64,000 bases of DNA from Candidatus Eiseniibacteriota bacterium (lineage in GTDB: Bacteria > Eisenbacteria > RBG-16-71-46 > SZUA-252). The DNA is taken from NCBI GenBank assembly GCA_035716005.1, contig DASTKG010000143.1, positions 490-64,489 on the forward strand, in the 5' to 3' direction. Made by a program: the position numbers and the translations under genes. The notes beneath the pieces are model-generated. The model searched no databases. It was not told where the DNA came from and saw only the letters and a list, made by a program, of their open reading frames with translations. This document shows, in pieces, positions 10,371 to 21,604 of this stretch (within the stretch, counting starts at the first letter, position 1; the number at the start of each line of letters is the position of its first letter).

Positions 10371-13300
10371 ATGCCGGACGATCGCGTAGACCAGGAACGG
10401 CACCGTCGATCGAACCGGGGCGTCCTCTGGATCGTCCTGGGCGTGCTCGCGCTCGTCGCTCTGCTCGCGGTCGGCGGCGGCGTGGGTGTCCTGGCGAACC
10501 TCTTCGCCACGGGGGACGCCGGACTCTCCCGCCGCGTGATGAGCGTGATGAACGGGGCCCTCGGCTCCGATTCGACCCGCTTCGCCTGCGATCGCATCTA
10601 CGGAACCCTCCTCCGGGGCGCGGTCCTCGAGCGGCCCCGGCTTCTGGTTCGATCGGGCGGGCAGGAGGTGACGTGGGCGACCGCCAGCCGCGCGCGCGTC
10701 GAATACGATCTCTGGAGTCTCCTCGTCTCCCCTCGCCGCGATCTCACGGTCTCGCTCGATTCGCTCCGCGTCACCCTCGCGCGCGACGCCGAGCGCGATT
10801 TCATCATGCCGCGGTTCCGGCGCGGCACGGGGAAGCCGGGGAAGAGCGAGACGCGCATCCGTCTCACGCTGCGGGGCGCTTCGCTCGTCCTGCCCGAGGA
10901 GGGAGCCTCGCTTCAGGGGCTCGCCGGATCGGGCGTCATCGTCCTCGGGCCGGGCGGTTCGAGCGTCCTCGTGGAGCGGCTCGGGGGTGTCGTCCGCGGC
11001 GTCGACGGGGAAGCGGCGAGACCGATCCGAATGGACGGCATGGTGGCCTTCCAGGATTCGCTCTGGCGTCTCGATCCCGTCCGCGTGGAGCTGGCCGCGA
11101 CCCGCCTCTCCGCGAACGGCGACTGGGACTCGCGGGGCGGGAGGCTTCGCGAGGGGACGCTCCGGCTCGATCCGTTCGTGCTCGAGGAGGTGCTTCCGCT
11201 CTTCGGCGTGGAGGGGGTCGAGGGAACGCTTCGCGGCGACGTCGACCTCGCGGGCGCCCCCGGCGACGGGAACGCCTCGGGCTGCCTCGGCGGCGAGATC
11301 GAGGGCGAGCGGATCGACACGCTCCTCGTGCGCGCGCATCTCGCCCGCGAGGGAATCGTGGTCGACCATCTGGAAACGAAGCTGCGCGGCGCGACGGTGA
11401 GCGGCCGGGGCCGGGTCGACCGGAGCGGCGCCCTCGAGGCGGATCTCGTCTTCGACCACGCGAATCCGGTCGCGATTCCCTGGTGGGAGGCGCCGGCCGG
11501 CATGCCGAGCGGCGTGCTCGCGGGCGAAGCGAGGCTCCGCATCGGCCGAGGCCGGCCGCGCCCCGACATTCGAGTGGCGGCGGCGCTCCGCGCGTCGCGC
11601 GTCGGCCGCCTCTCGATCGACCGGGCGAACGTCTCCGTCCACGCGCCGCCGCAGGGCGGCCTTCTCGTCGACAGCCTCCTCCTCTTCACGCCGGGCGCCC
11701 GCGTCGCGATGTCGGGCGCCATCGACGCCGCGGGCGCGCTTCGCGCCGTGGCCACGGCCTCCATCGCCGACCTCGGCCGGATGGGCGCCCTGACGGCCCC
11801 GATGGAGCCCCGAGGCGGGGCGGGCCGGATCGCCGCGACCCTCGGCGGAACGACGAAGGCGCCGACCATCGAGCTGACCGGCGCGTTTTCCCGCCCGAGC
11901 TTCGAGAGCGGGCTCCACGCCGAGAGCCTGATCGTGGCCGCGTCGGGCGCGCTCGCGCCGACGCTCGACGTCCGCGGCACGACGCGCGTCGCGGGCCTCG
12001 CCGCCAAGGACCGCAGACTGGGCGACGTGACGGCGTCCTTCGAGGGCGGGCGCGAGATGCGGATCGATCGCTTCGAGGGGGTCGCCGGCGACACGACCCT
12101 CTCGATGCGGGGTTTCCTCGTCTTCGGCGCCGCGGGCCTCACGGCGCGGGTCGATTCGATGCGTCTGGTGGGGGGAGCGCTCCGCGCGGTCGCCTCCGCG
12201 CCGGTGAACGTCTCGCTCTCGAAGGGACGGCTCCGCGCCTCGCCCCTCGTCTTCGACTTGGAGCCCGGCCGGCTCGAGGCCGATCTCGATTGGGACGTCT
12301 CGGCCGGGAGGATCGATCTTCGCGGCGCCGTGACGGGACTCGAACTCGCGCGAGTCGGCCGCGGCTCCGGGCGGACGATGGGCGGCGTGCTGCGGGCGCA
12401 ATTCCTGGCGGCCGGGAGGGGCGCCGATCCCGACGTGACCGTTCGCGCCACGGTGGAGTCGCCGCGCATCGGGAGCGTCACGGCCGATTCCCTCCAGGCG
12501 AACCTCGACTACACGCCGGGGGTCCTCGGGATCCAGTCGCTCCGCTGGGACGTCGGCGCGGCCTCCTCCGAGCTGCGCGGATCGCTCCGGACCGGACTCA
12601 CGATCGAGGCGTGGCTCCGCGCGCTCTCGAACGGCGATCGCCGCTGGACCGAGAACGCGTCGCTGGCGCTGGAGGCCTCCGCGGACTCGTTCGACCTCGC
12701 CGCGCTGGCCCCCGCCGACACGACGCTTCGAACCCTCGCCGGGGCCGCGAGCTTCCGCGCGCGGATCGGCGGCACCGTCGCCTCTCCGATCCTCTCGTTC
12801 GACGGCCGCGTGCCGGGATTCTCCTTTCACACGCTGCACGGGGACGTGGCCGCGCTCGAGGGCTCGTACCGCGACCGGCGCCTCACGCTCGAGCGCCTCG
12901 AGCTGCGCCAGGAGAAGGGCGTGATGAAAGCCACGGGAACGATTCCGGTCGATCTCTCGCCCTTCGCGACGAAGCGGCTGCTGCGGGACGAGCCGCTCCG
13001 CCTCTCCCTCAGCGCGAACGAGACCGACTTCTCGGCGCTCACCTCCCTCAGCGCCCTCGTGGCGACGAGCTCGGGATCGCTGAGCGGCGACGCGGAGGTG
13101 ACCGGCACGCCGGCCCACCCGAAGCTCACCGGAACCGTGCGGCTCCGGGACGGGCGCCTCCGGTTCGCGGGGCGCTACGAGATCCTCGAGGCCATCCAGG
13201 TCGACGGCACGTTCGACGAGGAGCGGCTCACGCTCACGCGCCTGGAAGCGCGCGAGGGGAAGCGCGGGCGAATCGTCGGAGAGGGATCGTGGCGCTGGTC

Positions 13301-14369
13301 GGGCGCGGGCGCGCAGCTTCCGCCGGGAAGCATCGGACCCCCGGGCCAGTACAGCGTGAATCTCAAGGCGACCGATTGCGTCGTGACCGACCGCGAGTAC
13401 TACCTCTTCCAGTTCAACGGGGCCTTCGTCGTCGCCAACGGCCGGACGGAATCAGGGATCGTGAAGCCGCGCGTCACGGGGACCGGCTCGGTCTCCCGCG
13501 GCGAGCTGGCGTTCAATCTTTCGGCTCCCGCGGGCGAGCCGCCGGCGCCGCTTCCGTTCCTCTACGACATCCGGGCCGATTTCCCGAGTCAGTTCAAGTA
13601 CCGCCAGCTCGACACCGAGGTCGAGCTCGCCGGCTCGCTCCAGCTTCGAAACGAAGGGGATCTCGACATCGCGCTCGGAACCCTGACCGTGAAGGGGGGC
13701 CAGTTCTACTTCCTGACGCGGAAGTTCGGCAACCTGACGGGCGAGGTGAACTTCAACAGCCTGGAGCGCATGGATCCCTTCGTCACCCTCGACGCGCAGA
13801 CGCGCGTCCGCCGCATGGGCCCGGTGAACGAAACGTCGGGAGAGCACGTCGTGAATCTCGCGGTCACCGGCCGCGCCAGCCAGCTCCAGATCCGGCCGTG
13901 GGACACGGAGGGGACGAGTCCGAGCGATCTCTGGCGCGAGCTCTCCGTCGGGCAATTCTCCTCGGCGGATCACGCCCTGGCCGAAGGCGGGAGCGATCCC
14001 CTCGCGGGGATGGCCTTCCGCGACCTTCCCATCCGCGACTATCTCTTCCGAAACGCCGAGCGCTGGATCGCGAGCTCGGGATTCATCGACACGATCGACC
14101 TCAAGTCGGGCGCTCAGGCCGGCGCGAGCACGGCGGCCGTCGGGGGTCCGATCGACCTCGGGCTGGTCGGGGTGGGGAAGTACGTGACGCAAGACCTCTT
14201 CCTCAAGTATTCTCGCGACTTCACGGGCCAGTCCGAAAATCAGGTCACCGCCGAATACCGCGTGACGCGGCACCTCCTGCTCCGCGGCCAGCAGATCCAG
14301 CGCAAGCAGACCAGCAACGAGCCTGCGCAGGAATACAACCTCGACCTCAAGATTCGCGTGGAGTATTGA
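10371..14369 (+). CDS. tamB: TamB-like translocation and assembly module protein (AsmA-like superfamily, DUF490 C-terminal region)
   Basis: The ATG lies 2 nt after the bamA stop. It has an N-terminal TM anchor (VLWIVLGVLALVALLAV), a ~1,330-aa beta-rich body and a conserved C-terminal region. The first 150 nt of track ORF 10218..14369 overlap bamA and are not coding. Confidence 0.75.
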   Translation: MPDDRVDQERHRRSNRGVLWIVLGVLALVALLAVGGGVGVLANLFATGDAGLSRRVMSVMNGALGSDSTRFACDRIYGTLLRGAVLERPRLLVRSGGQEVTWATASRARVEYDLWSLLVSPRRDLTVSLDSLRVTLARDAERDFIMPRFRRGTGKPGKSETRIRLTLRGASLVLPEEGASLQGLAGSGVIVLGPGGSSVLVERLGGVVRGVDGEAARPIRMDGMVAFQDSLWRLDPVRVELAATRLSANGDWDSRGGRLREGTLRLDPFVLEEVLPLFGVEGVEGTLRGDVDLAGAPGDGNASGCLGGEIEGERIDTLLVRAHLAREGIVVDHLETKLRGATVSGRGRVDRSGALEADLVFDHANPVAIPWWEAPAGMPSGVLAGEARLRIGRGRPRPDIRVAAALRASRVGRLSIDRANVSVHAPPQGGLLVDSLLLFTPGARVAMSGAIDAAGALRAVATASIADLGRMGALTAPMEPRGGAGRIAATLGGTTKAPTIELTGAFSRPSFESGLHAESLIVAASGALAPTLDVRGTTRVAGLAAKDRRLGDVTASFEGGREMRIDRFEGVAGDTTLSMRGFLVFGAAGLTARVDSMRLVGGALRAVASAPVNVSLSKGRLRASPLVFDLEPGRLEADLDWDVSAGRIDLRGAVTGLELARVGRGSGRTMGGVLRAQFLAAGRGADPDVTVRATVESPRIGSVTADSLQANLDYTPGVLGIQSLRWDVGAASSELRGSLRTGLTIEAWLRALSNGDRRWTENASLALEASADSFDLAALAPADTTLRTLAGAASFRARIGGTVASPILSFDGRVPGFSFHTLHGDVAALEGSYRDRRLTLERLELRQEKGVMKATGTIPVDLSPFATKRLLRDEPLRLSLSANETDFSALTSLSALVATSSGSLSGDAEVTGTPAHPKLTGTVRLRDGRLRFAGRYEILEAIQVDGTFDEERLTLTRLEAREGKRGRIVGEGSWRWSGAGAQLPPGSIGPPGQYSVNLKATDCVVTDREYYLFQFNGAFVVANGRTESGIVKPRVTGTGSVSRGELAFNLSAPAGEPPAPLPFLYDIRADFPSQFKYRQLDTEVELAGSLQLRNEGDLDIALGTLTVKGGQFYFLTRKFGNLTGEVNFNSLERMDPFVTLDAQTRVRRMGPVNETSGEHVVNLAVTGRASQLQIRPWDTEGTSPSDLWRELSVGQFSSADHALAEGGSDPLAGMAFRDLPIRDYLFRNAERWIASSGFIDTIDLKSGAQAGASTAAVGGPIDLGLVGVGKYVTQDLFLKYSRDFTGQSENQVTAEYRVTRHLLLRGQQIQRKQTSNEPAQEYNLDLKIRVEY

Positions 14370-14376
14370 GCGGACG

Positions 14377-16551
14377 GTGGAACTGAACGACGTCCAGCGC
14401 CAAGCCGTCGAGCATCCCGGCGGGCCCCTGCTCGTCCTCGCCGGCGCGGGGAGCGGGAAGACGCGCGTCCTGACCGGTCGCATCGCCCATCTCGTCACGG
14501 AGCGGGGCGTCCCGGCGTGGGGAATTCTCGCGTTCACCTTCACGAACAAGGCGGCCCGCGAGATGAAGGAGCGAGCGCTCCATCTCCTCGGGACGGACGA
14601 GGGGGACCTCGGCGTCTGGCTCGGGACGTTCCACGGAACGTGCGTGCGGATCCTTCGCCGCCACGCCGAGCTCCTCGGATTCCCGAAGTCGTTCGTCATC
14701 TACGACACCGACGACCAGCGCTCCCTCCTGCGCGAGCTGCTGCGCGACGTCGGCGCCGACGATCGGCGCCTGACGCCGGCGGGCGCGGGCTCCCGCATCT
14801 CCCGGCTCAAGAACGAGGGAACCGCGCCGGACGTATTCGCCGCGGAAGCCTCGGGCCCGCTCGACCGGCAGGTGGCCGAGGTCTACGCCAAGTACGAGAA
14901 GGCGCTCCGCGACCGCGCGGCGATGGACTTCGACGATCTCCTCCTCTACACCGTGCGGCTCTTCGATCTCGACCCGGGGGTTCATCGCCAGTACGCCGAT
15001 CGCTTCCGCCACGTGCTGGTCGACGAGTACCAGGACACGAACTCCATCCAGTTCGAGCTGATCGAGCGGCTCTCGCGCACGCACCGGAATCTCCTCGTCG
15101 TCGGCGACGACGATCAGTCGATCTACGGCTGGCGCGGCGCCGACGTGGGGAACATCCTCTCGTTCGAGGACCGCTTTCCCGACGCCACCGTGCTCCGCCT
15201 GACGCAGAACTACCGCTCCACGCGCACGATTCTCCGCGCCGCGAACCACGTGGTGAAGAACAACGCCGCGCGGAAGGAGAAGGAACTCTGGACGGAGAAC
15301 GCCGCGGGCGAGCCGCTCGGGCTCCATCTCCTCCCGGACGAGGAATCGGAGGGGGAGCGGGTCGTGTCGCTCCTCCTCGAGCAGCAGCGGCTCCACGCCC
15401 GCGCGAACCGCGACTTCGCGGTCCTCTACCGGACCAACGCCCAGTCGCGCGCGGTGGAGAACGCCCTTCGCCGCTCGGCCATTCCGTACCAGCTGACGGG
15501 CGGCGTCTCCTTCTACGAGCGGCGCGAGGTGAAGGATCTCCTCGCCTACCTGCGCGCCCTGACGCAGCCGCGCGACACGGTCGCGTGGTACCGGATCCTG
15601 AACGTCCCCGGACGCGGGATCGGCAAGACGACGCTCGACCGGCTGCGCGAGTTCGCCGACGCCGAGGGAATCACGACGCCCGAGGCGCTCCGCCATCCGC
15701 GGCTCGCCGACGCCGTCGGCGGCGCGGCGTCGAAGAAGCTCGTCGAAGTGTCGCGCCTCTTCGAGGGGCTCGCGCCGCTCCTTTCTCTTCCTCCGGCGGC
15801 CTGCCTCTCGGAGCTCGTGGCGAAGATCCGCTTCCGCGAATACCTCTTGCAGGACGATCCCGCCGAGGCGGCGGAGCGGATCGAGAACGTGGAGGAGCTG
15901 ATCACCGGGGCCGACGCCTACGCGCGCCGGACGGACGAGCCGACGGTGGACGGATTCCTCGCGGAGGTGGCGCTCCTGACCGACGTCGATCTCTGGGAGG
16001 AAGGGGAGGACACGGTCAACCTCATGACGATCCACGCGGCCAAGGGGCTCGAGTTCCCGGTCGTCTTCGTGGTCGGGATGGAGGAAGGGCTCCTTCCGCA
16101 CGCGTCGTCGCTCGATCATCCGAAGGAGTTGGAGGAGGAGCGTCGCCTCTTCTACGTCGCGTTGACGCGCGCCAGGGAGCGGGTCTTCCTCCTCCAGGCG
16201 TCGTTCCGCCGCGCGTGGAACGCGTCCGGGGGCGGCGCCTCCCGATTCCTGACCGAGATCCCCGCCGACTGTCTCCAGGTGGAGGAGGCCGACGCCTACG
16301 CCGGCTACGGTTCCTACGGGCGCGCCTCGAAGCCGTCGCGACCCGCGTCGGGGCCCCGCCTGGTGCGCGACGAGGAGCCATCCCCCGTGAAGAGCCCGGT
16401 CGGGGCCTGGGTGACGCATCCGCAGTTCGGAGAAGGCCAGGTGGTCGCCTGCGAAGGACGCGGCGACCGAGCGAAGTTGACGGTTCAGTTCCGGCGGGCG
16501 GGAACGAAGAAGATTCTCGCCGCCTTCGCGGAGTGGAGCTATGCCGATTGA
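14377..16551 (+). CDS. pcrA: ATP-dependent DNA helicase PcrA/UvrD (SF1)
   Basis: Walker A AGAGSGKTRVL, motifs Ia-VI, and ~724 aa size. Confidence 0.9.
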   Translation: MELNDVQRQAVEHPGGPLLVLAGAGSGKTRVLTGRIAHLVTERGVPAWGILAFTFTNKAAREMKERALHLLGTDEGDLGVWLGTFHGTCVRILRRHAELLGFPKSFVIYDTDDQRSLLRELLRDVGADDRRLTPAGAGSRISRLKNEGTAPDVFAAEASGPLDRQVAEVYAKYEKALRDRAAMDFDDLLLYTVRLFDLDPGVHRQYADRFRHVLVDEYQDTNSIQFELIERLSRTHRNLLVVGDDDQSIYGWRGADVGNILSFEDRFPDATVLRLTQNYRSTRTILRAANHVVKNNAARKEKELWTENAAGEPLGLHLLPDEESEGERVVSLLLEQQRLHARANRDFAVLYRTNAQSRAVENALRRSAIPYQLTGGVSFYERREVKDLLAYLRALTQPRDTVAWYRILNVPGRGIGKTTLDRLREFADAEGITTPEALRHPRLADAVGGAASKKLVEVSRLFEGLAPLLSLPPAACLSELVAKIRFREYLLQDDPAEAAERIENVEELITGADAYARRTDEPTVDGFLAEVALLTDVDLWEEGEDTVNLMTIHAAKGLEFPVVFVVGMEEGLLPHASSLDHPKELEEERRLFYVALTRARERVFLLQASFRRAWNASGGGASRFLTEIPADCLQVEEADAYAGYGSYGRASKPSRPASGPRLVRDEEPSPVKSPVGAWVTHPQFGEGQVVACEGRGDRAKLTVQFRRAGTKKILAAFAEWSYAD

Positions 16552-16828
16552 CGTTTCGGTCGTACGAAAGATCGCGGCCCTCGCGCGACTTCGCATCGAA
16601 GCCGCCGAGGAGGAGCGCTACGCGCGCGAGCTGGGGAGCATCCTCGGCTTCGTGGAGCAGCTCCAGGCGCTCGACGTGAGCGGGATCGAGCCGACGAGCC
16701 AGGTGACGGAGGGCGCCCGGCCGGCGCTTCGCCCCGACGAGGTTTGCCCTTCCGACGCGCGCGACGAGGCGCTCGCCGGCGCGCCCGAGCGGGACGGCGA
16801 CTACTTCAAGGTTCCTCAGGTCGTATGA
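16541..16828 (+). CDS. gatC: Asp-tRNA(Asn)/Glu-tRNA(Gln) amidotransferase subunit C
   Basis: 95 aa, family-typical sequence, and position immediately upstream of gatA. Confidence 0.85.
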   Translation: MPIDVSVVRKIAALARLRIEAAEEERYARELGSILGFVEQLQALDVSGIEPTSQVTEGARPALRPDEVCPSDARDEALAGAPERDGDYFKVPQVV

Positions 16829-18336
16829 GCGCGCCCGCGAACCGCCCGGTCGTGCTGGAGAGCGCCGAGACCCTGGCCGCGTCGGTCCGTTCGGGAGCGC
16901 GCTCGGCGGTGGAGATCACCCGCGCCTTTCTCGCGCAGGCCGACCGCACGGCGGCGAAGCTGGAGACGTATCTCCACCGGATGCCCGACCGCGCGCTTCA
17001 GGACGCGGAGGCGATCGACCGGAAGCGCGCGGCCGGGGAGGCGCTCGGCAATCTGGCGGGCGTCCCGATCGCGATCAAGGACAACATCTGCGTCCGCGGC
17101 GTCCCGACGACCTGCGGGTCGAAGATCCTCGAAGGATACCGCCCGCCGTACGACGCGCACGTGATCGAGCGGCTCCGGGCCGCCGACGCGGTCGTGATCG
17201 GAAAGACGAACTGCGACGAGTTCGCCATGGGATCGTCGACCGAGAACTCGGCCTACCGGATCACGAAGAATCCGTGGGCTCTCGACCGCGTCCCGGGCGG
17301 ATCGAGCGGCGGTTCCGCGGCGACGGTGGCCGCCTGCGAGGCGCCTCTCTCGCTCGGCTCCGACACCGGGGGCTCGGTTCGGCAGCCGGCCGCCTTCTGC
17401 GGCGTCTACGGGCTGAAGCCGACGTACGGCGCGGTCTCCCGCTACGGCCTGGTGGCGTTCGCCTCCTCGCTCGACCAGATCGGGCCCTTCGCGCGGAGCG
17501 CGCGCGACACGGCCCTCGTCCAGAACGTCATCTGCGGCCGCGACGCCCGCGACACCACGAGCCGCGCCGAAGCGCGGCCGATCGATCTCGAGACGCTGGA
17601 GGAGGGAATTTCGGGCCTTCGCGTCGGGGTCCCGCGCTCCATTCTCGACGAGGCGGGGGACGGCCTGGCGCCGTCGGTCCGCGCGGCGTTCGAGGCTGCG
17701 ATCTCCGCGCTCGAGCGGGCCGGCGCGAGGATCGTGGACGTGGCCCTGCCTCACGCCAAGTACGCGATCGCGACCTACTACCTCATCGCGCCCGCGGAGG
17801 CCTCGAGCAACCTGGCGCGGTACGACGGCGTGCGCTACGGCGTCCGCCGCCCGGACGGCGACCTGCGCGGCATGTACGAGGCGACGCGCGGTGCCGGATT
17901 CGGCCGCGAGGTGAAGCGGCGGATCCTCCTCGGAACCTACGCGCTCTCGGCCGGCTACTACGACGCCTACTACCTGCGCGCCCAGAAGGTGCGCACCCTC
18001 ATCCGGAAGGATTTCCTGGACGCGCTGGCGGCGTCCGACGCGCTTCTCCTGCCGATCACGCCGACGCCCGCGTTCAAGATCGGAGAGAAGACCGACGATC
18101 CGCTGGCGATGTACCTGAGCGACATCTTCTCGATCCCCGCGTCGCTGGCCGGCGTGCCGGCTCTCTCCTTCCCGGTCTCCTTCGACGCGTCGGGACTTCC
18201 GATCGGGCTCCAGCTGGTGGGCCGGCCGTTCGACGAGGGAACGATGCTCAAGGTGGCGCGCGCCTACGAGAAGGAGCACGACGCCGCGTCCCGCGTCCCC
18301 GCCATCGTCACGGCGGGAGAGGGAGGGGCGCGATGA
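16825..18336 (+). CDS. gatA: Asp-tRNA(Asn)/Glu-tRNA(Gln) amidotransferase subunit A (amidase signature family)
   Basis: GGSSGGSAA amidase signature. The ATG overlaps the gatC stop (ATGA). The upstream part of track ORF 16744..18336 is read-through. Confidence 0.9.
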   Translation: MSAPANRPVVLESAETLAASVRSGARSAVEITRAFLAQADRTAAKLETYLHRMPDRALQDAEAIDRKRAAGEALGNLAGVPIAIKDNICVRGVPTTCGSKILEGYRPPYDAHVIERLRAADAVVIGKTNCDEFAMGSSTENSAYRITKNPWALDRVPGGSSGGSAATVAACEAPLSLGSDTGGSVRQPAAFCGVYGLKPTYGAVSRYGLVAFASSLDQIGPFARSARDTALVQNVICGRDARDTTSRAEARPIDLETLEEGISGLRVGVPRSILDEAGDGLAPSVRAAFEAAISALERAGARIVDVALPHAKYAIATYYLIAPAEASSNLARYDGVRYGVRRPDGDLRGMYEATRGAGFGREVKRRILLGTYALSAGYYDAYYLRAQKVRTLIRKDFLDALAASDALLLPITPTPAFKIGEKTDDPLAMYLSDIFSIPASLAGVPALSFPVSFDASGLPIGLQLVGRPFDEGTMLKVARAYEKEHDAASRVPAIVTAGEGGAR

Positions 18337-19817
18337 CGAAGCCGGCCGGAATCTCCGACGATTCGCGGGCGAAGTACGAGCCGGTGATCGGCCTCGAGGT
18401 CCACGCGCAGCTGAAGACGAAGACGAAGATCTTCTGCTCCTGCAGCACGACGTTCGGCGCCGCGCCGAATTCGCAGGTCTGTCCCGTCTGTCTCGGGCTT
18501 CCCGGCGTCCTGCCGGTCCTGAACGAGCGGGCGGTCGAGTTCGCCGCGATGACCGGCCTCGCCGTGGGCGCCACCGTCCATCCGCGGAGCATCTTCGCCC
18601 GGAAGAACTACTTCTATCCCGATCTTCCGAAGGGGTACCAGATCTCCCAGTACGACCGCCCGCTCTGCGAGGGAGGCGGCGTGGAGATCCACGTCGGCGA
18701 CGTCCGGAAGCGGATCGGCCTCGTCCGGATCCATCTCGAGGAGGACGCCGGGAAGTCGCTCCACCCGGAGGGGAAGGAGGGGGTGAACACGACCCGCGTC
18801 GACCTGAATCGAGCGGGCGTCCCCCTGATCGAGATCGTTTCCGAGCCCGACATCCGGTCGGGGGCGGAGGCGTACCACTACCTGACGAAGCTGAAGCAGA
18901 TCCTCGTCTACCTCGACGTCTGCGACGGGAACATGGAGGAGGGGAGCCTTCGCTGCGACGCGAACGTCTCGGTGCGTCCTCGCGGGCAGGCGGCCTTCGG
19001 CACGAGGACCGAGATCAAGAATCTCAACTCCTTCCGCTACGTGGAGAAGGCGATCGCCTACGAGATCGACCGCCAGATCGCGCTGATCGAGTCGGGCGGG
19101 CGCGTCGTGCAGGAGACGCTCCTCTGGGATTCGGCGCGCGGCGTCGCCGAGACGCTGCGGGGCAAGGAGGAAGCGCACGACTATCGCTACTTCCCCGAGC
19201 CCGACCTCCTGCCGGTCGATCTCGACGCCTCCTGGGTGGAAGGGCTTCACGCCACGCTCCCCGAGCTTCCCGACGCGCTCCGCGAGCGGCTGGTCCGCGA
19301 ACAGGGGATTCCCGAGTACGACGCCGAAGTCCTGACCGAGACGAGGGCGCTCGCCTCCTACTACGAGGAGACGTCGCTCCGATCGGGGCAGCCGAAGCTC
19401 GCGTCGAACTGGATCATGACCGAGGTGAACGCGGTTCGGAACAAGACGGGCGACACGATCGAATCGTTTCCGATCCGCCCCGATCGCCTCGGCGATCTGG
19501 TCGGCATGGTCTCGAGCGGGCGCGTCTCGGGGAAGATCGCGAAGCAGCTCTTCGAGCTGATGCTCGGCGACCCCGCGGGCCCCGAGGCCTTGGTGCAGAA
19601 GCACGGGCTCCTTCCCATCGAGGACGAGGCCGCGCTCCGCGCGCTGGTGCGGGAGGTGATCGCCGCGAATCCGGGCCCGGCCGCCGAATTCCGCGCGGGG
19701 AAGGAGAAGACCTTCGCGTTCCTCGTGGGCCAAGCCATGAAGCAATCGCGCGGCCGCGCGCATCCGGAGAAGCTCCAGGCCGCGCTCAAGGCCGTACTGA
19801 CGGAGGAATCGGCATGA
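18333..19817 (+). CDS. gatB: Asp-tRNA(Asn)/Glu-tRNA(Gln) amidotransferase subunit B
   Basis: MTKPAG...[14 protein letters not shown]-terminus. The ATG overlaps the gatA stop. Confidence 0.9.
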   Translation: MTKPAGISDDSRAKYEPVIGLEVHAQLKTKTKIFCSCSTTFGAAPNSQVCPVCLGLPGVLPVLNERAVEFAAMTGLAVGATVHPRSIFARKNYFYPDLPKGYQISQYDRPLCEGGGVEIHVGDVRKRIGLVRIHLEEDAGKSLHPEGKEGVNTTRVDLNRAGVPLIEIVSEPDIRSGAEAYHYLTKLKQILVYLDVCDGNMEEGSLRCDANVSVRPRGQAAFGTRTEIKNLNSFRYVEKAIAYEIDRQIALIESGGRVVQETLLWDSARGVAETLRGKEEAHDYRYFPEPDLLPVDLDASWVEGLHATLPELPDALRERLVREQGIPEYDAEVLTETRALASYYEETSLRSGQPKLASNWIMTEVNAVRNKTGDTIESFPIRPDRLGDLVGMVSSGRVSGKIAKQLFELMLGDPAGPEALVQKHGLLPIEDEAALRALVREVIAANPGPAAEFRAGKEKTFAFLVGQAMKQSRGRAHPEKLQAALKAVLTEESA

Positions 19818-21127
19818 TCAAGATGCGGGTGCTGGTCGTGGGACAGGGGGGGCGCGAGCACGCGCTGGTGGAGGCGCTCCACAACGCCGACGACCACCCC
19901 GAGGTCTTCGTGACGCCGGGGAATCCCGGCATGGAGGAATTCGCGGAGCGCGTGGCGATCGCCCCGACCGACGTGGAGTCGATCGTCGGCTGGTCGCGGA
20001 AGAACGCGATCGACTTCGTGGTGATCGGCCCCGAGTCGGCGCTCGAGGTGGGGCTGGCCGACGCGCTTCGCGAGGTCGGCATCGCCGTCCTCGGACCGGG
20101 CGCGGCGGGGGCCAGGCTCGAGACGAGCAAGTGCTACTCGAAGGAGCTCCTGAAGCGTCTCGGTCTCCCGACCGCCGATTTCTACGTGGCCAAGACGCCG
20201 GAGGACGCGGAGGCGCGGGTGCGGAACGCCGCCTATCCGCTCGTCCTGAAGGCCGACGGCCTCGCGGCGGGGAAAGGGGTCGTCATCGCGGAGAACGAGA
20301 AGGAGGCGTTCTCCGCCATCGACGCCTGGATGCGGGAGGGAGAGCTGGGCCCCGCGGGGCAGACGCTTCTCATCGAGGAGTACCTGCGCGGCGAGGAGGC
20401 CTCCATTCTCGTCCTCGCCGACGGGGAGCGCTGGATGCTCTTTCCGCCGGCGCGCGACCACAAGCGGATCGGCGACGGCGACACAGGGCCGAACACGGGC
20501 GGCATGGGAGCGTGCGCGCCGGCGCGTACGCCGAGCGAGGCGGAGGCGATCGCCATCGCGAAGCGGATCGTCGATCCGGTGCTGGCCGCCCTGCGCGAGG
20601 AGAAGACCCCCTACCGGGGCATCCTCTACCTCGGCCTCATGCTGACCGAGAAGGGCCCGCAGGTGCTCGAGTTCAACGCCCGCTTCGGCGATCCGGAGGC
20701 GCAGGTGGTTCTGCCGCTCCTGGCCGAAGATCCCCTTCCGCTCCTCTGGAACGCGGCGCTCGGCCGGCTGCCGGCGGACCGCCACGCGACCTTCATGAAG
20801 CACGAGGGGGCCGCGGTCTGCGTCGTCCTCGCCTCGGCCGGCTATCCGGCGCGTCCCGCGACCGGCGACTACATCGAAGGGCTGGAGGGACCCTGGCCGC
20901 ACGGGATCCATCTCTATCACGCCGGCATCGACAAGCACCTCGGCCGCTGGGTGACGAGCGGCGGGCGCGTTCTGGGGGTCACGGCGCGCGGGATGACGAT
21001 CGAGGACGCCCGCGAGGCGGCCTACGACGCCGCGTCGCGCATCTACTTCCCGGGCATGCAGTACCGGCGCGACATCGCGCTCGTGCCGGAACCCACGACG
21101 GAGTCATCGCGAGGGCACGAATCATGA
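19814..21127 (+). CDS. purD: phosphoribosylamine--glycine ligase
   Basis: ATP-grasp fold with a PurD-typical N-terminus VLVVGQGGREHAL. Confidence 0.9.
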   Translation: MIKMRVLVVGQGGREHALVEALHNADDHPEVFVTPGNPGMEEFAERVAIAPTDVESIVGWSRKNAIDFVVIGPESALEVGLADALREVGIAVLGPGAAGARLETSKCYSKELLKRLGLPTADFYVAKTPEDAEARVRNAAYPLVLKADGLAAGKGVVIAENEKEAFSAIDAWMREGELGPAGQTLLIEEYLRGEEASILVLADGERWMLFPPARDHKRIGDGDTGPNTGGMGACAPARTPSEAEAIAIAKRIVDPVLAALREEKTPYRGILYLGLMLTEKGPQVLEFNARFGDPEAQVVLPLLAEDPLPLLWNAALGRLPADRHATFMKHEGAAVCVVLASAGYPARPATGDYIEGLEGPWPHGIHLYHAGIDKHLGRWVTSGGRVLGVTARGMTIEDAREAAYDAASRIYFPGMQYRRDIALVPEPTTESSRGHES

Positions 21128-21600
21128 CCCACACGGCGCGCGTCGCCATCCTCTTCGGAAGCGAGTCGGACCGGGCCACGATGGAGGAGACGGCCAAGGT
21201 CCTCGACAGCTTCGACGTCAAGCACGAGATGCATCACGCGTCGGCCCACCGGTCGCCCGACAAGGTGCGGGAGATCGTCGCGTCGGCGCCCGGGCGGGGC
21301 GTGCAGGTCTTCATCGCGGGCGCCGGCATGGCGAATCATCTCGCGGGAACCGTCGCGGCCCACACGACGCTTCCCGTCATCGGCGTTCCGCTCCTGGGCT
21401 CCGCGCTCGGGGGCGCCGACTCGCTCTACTCGACCGTTCAGATGCCTCCCGGCGTTCCCGTCGCCACCGTGGCGATCGGCTCGCCCGGCGCGAAGAACGC
21501 CGCCGTCCTCGCCGTCCAGATCCTCGCCCTGAACGATCCGGGCCTTCAACTGATGCTCGAGGACCTGAAGACGCGCCTCGCGCGCGGCGAGAAGCTCTAG
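21124..21600 (+). CDS. purE: 5-(carboxyamino)imidazole ribonucleotide mutase
   Basis: VAILFGSESD...GAGMANHLAG motif, 158 aa. The ATG overlaps the purD stop. Confidence 0.9.
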   Translation: MTHTARVAILFGSESDRATMEETAKVLDSFDVKHEMHHASAHRSPDKVREIVASAPGRGVQVFIAGAGMANHLAGTVAAHTTLPVIGVPLLGSALGGADSLYSTVQMPPGVPVATVAIGSPGAKNAAVLAVQILALNDPGLQLMLEDLKTRLARGEKL

Positions 21601-21604
21601 CGGC

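Noticed and set aside
10308-13118. 936-aa minus-strand ORF, and similar very long minus-strand ORFs at 1859..3607, 4281..6203, 6795..8471, 8107..10152, 14347..16596, 21918..24026, 28132..31350, 29042..31447 and 46067..47923
   Set aside because: They lie antisense to strongly supported + strand genes with clear family motifs. Their translations are Arg/Ala/Pro/Gly-rich low-complexity sequence typical of stop-poor antisense frames in 70% GC DNA.
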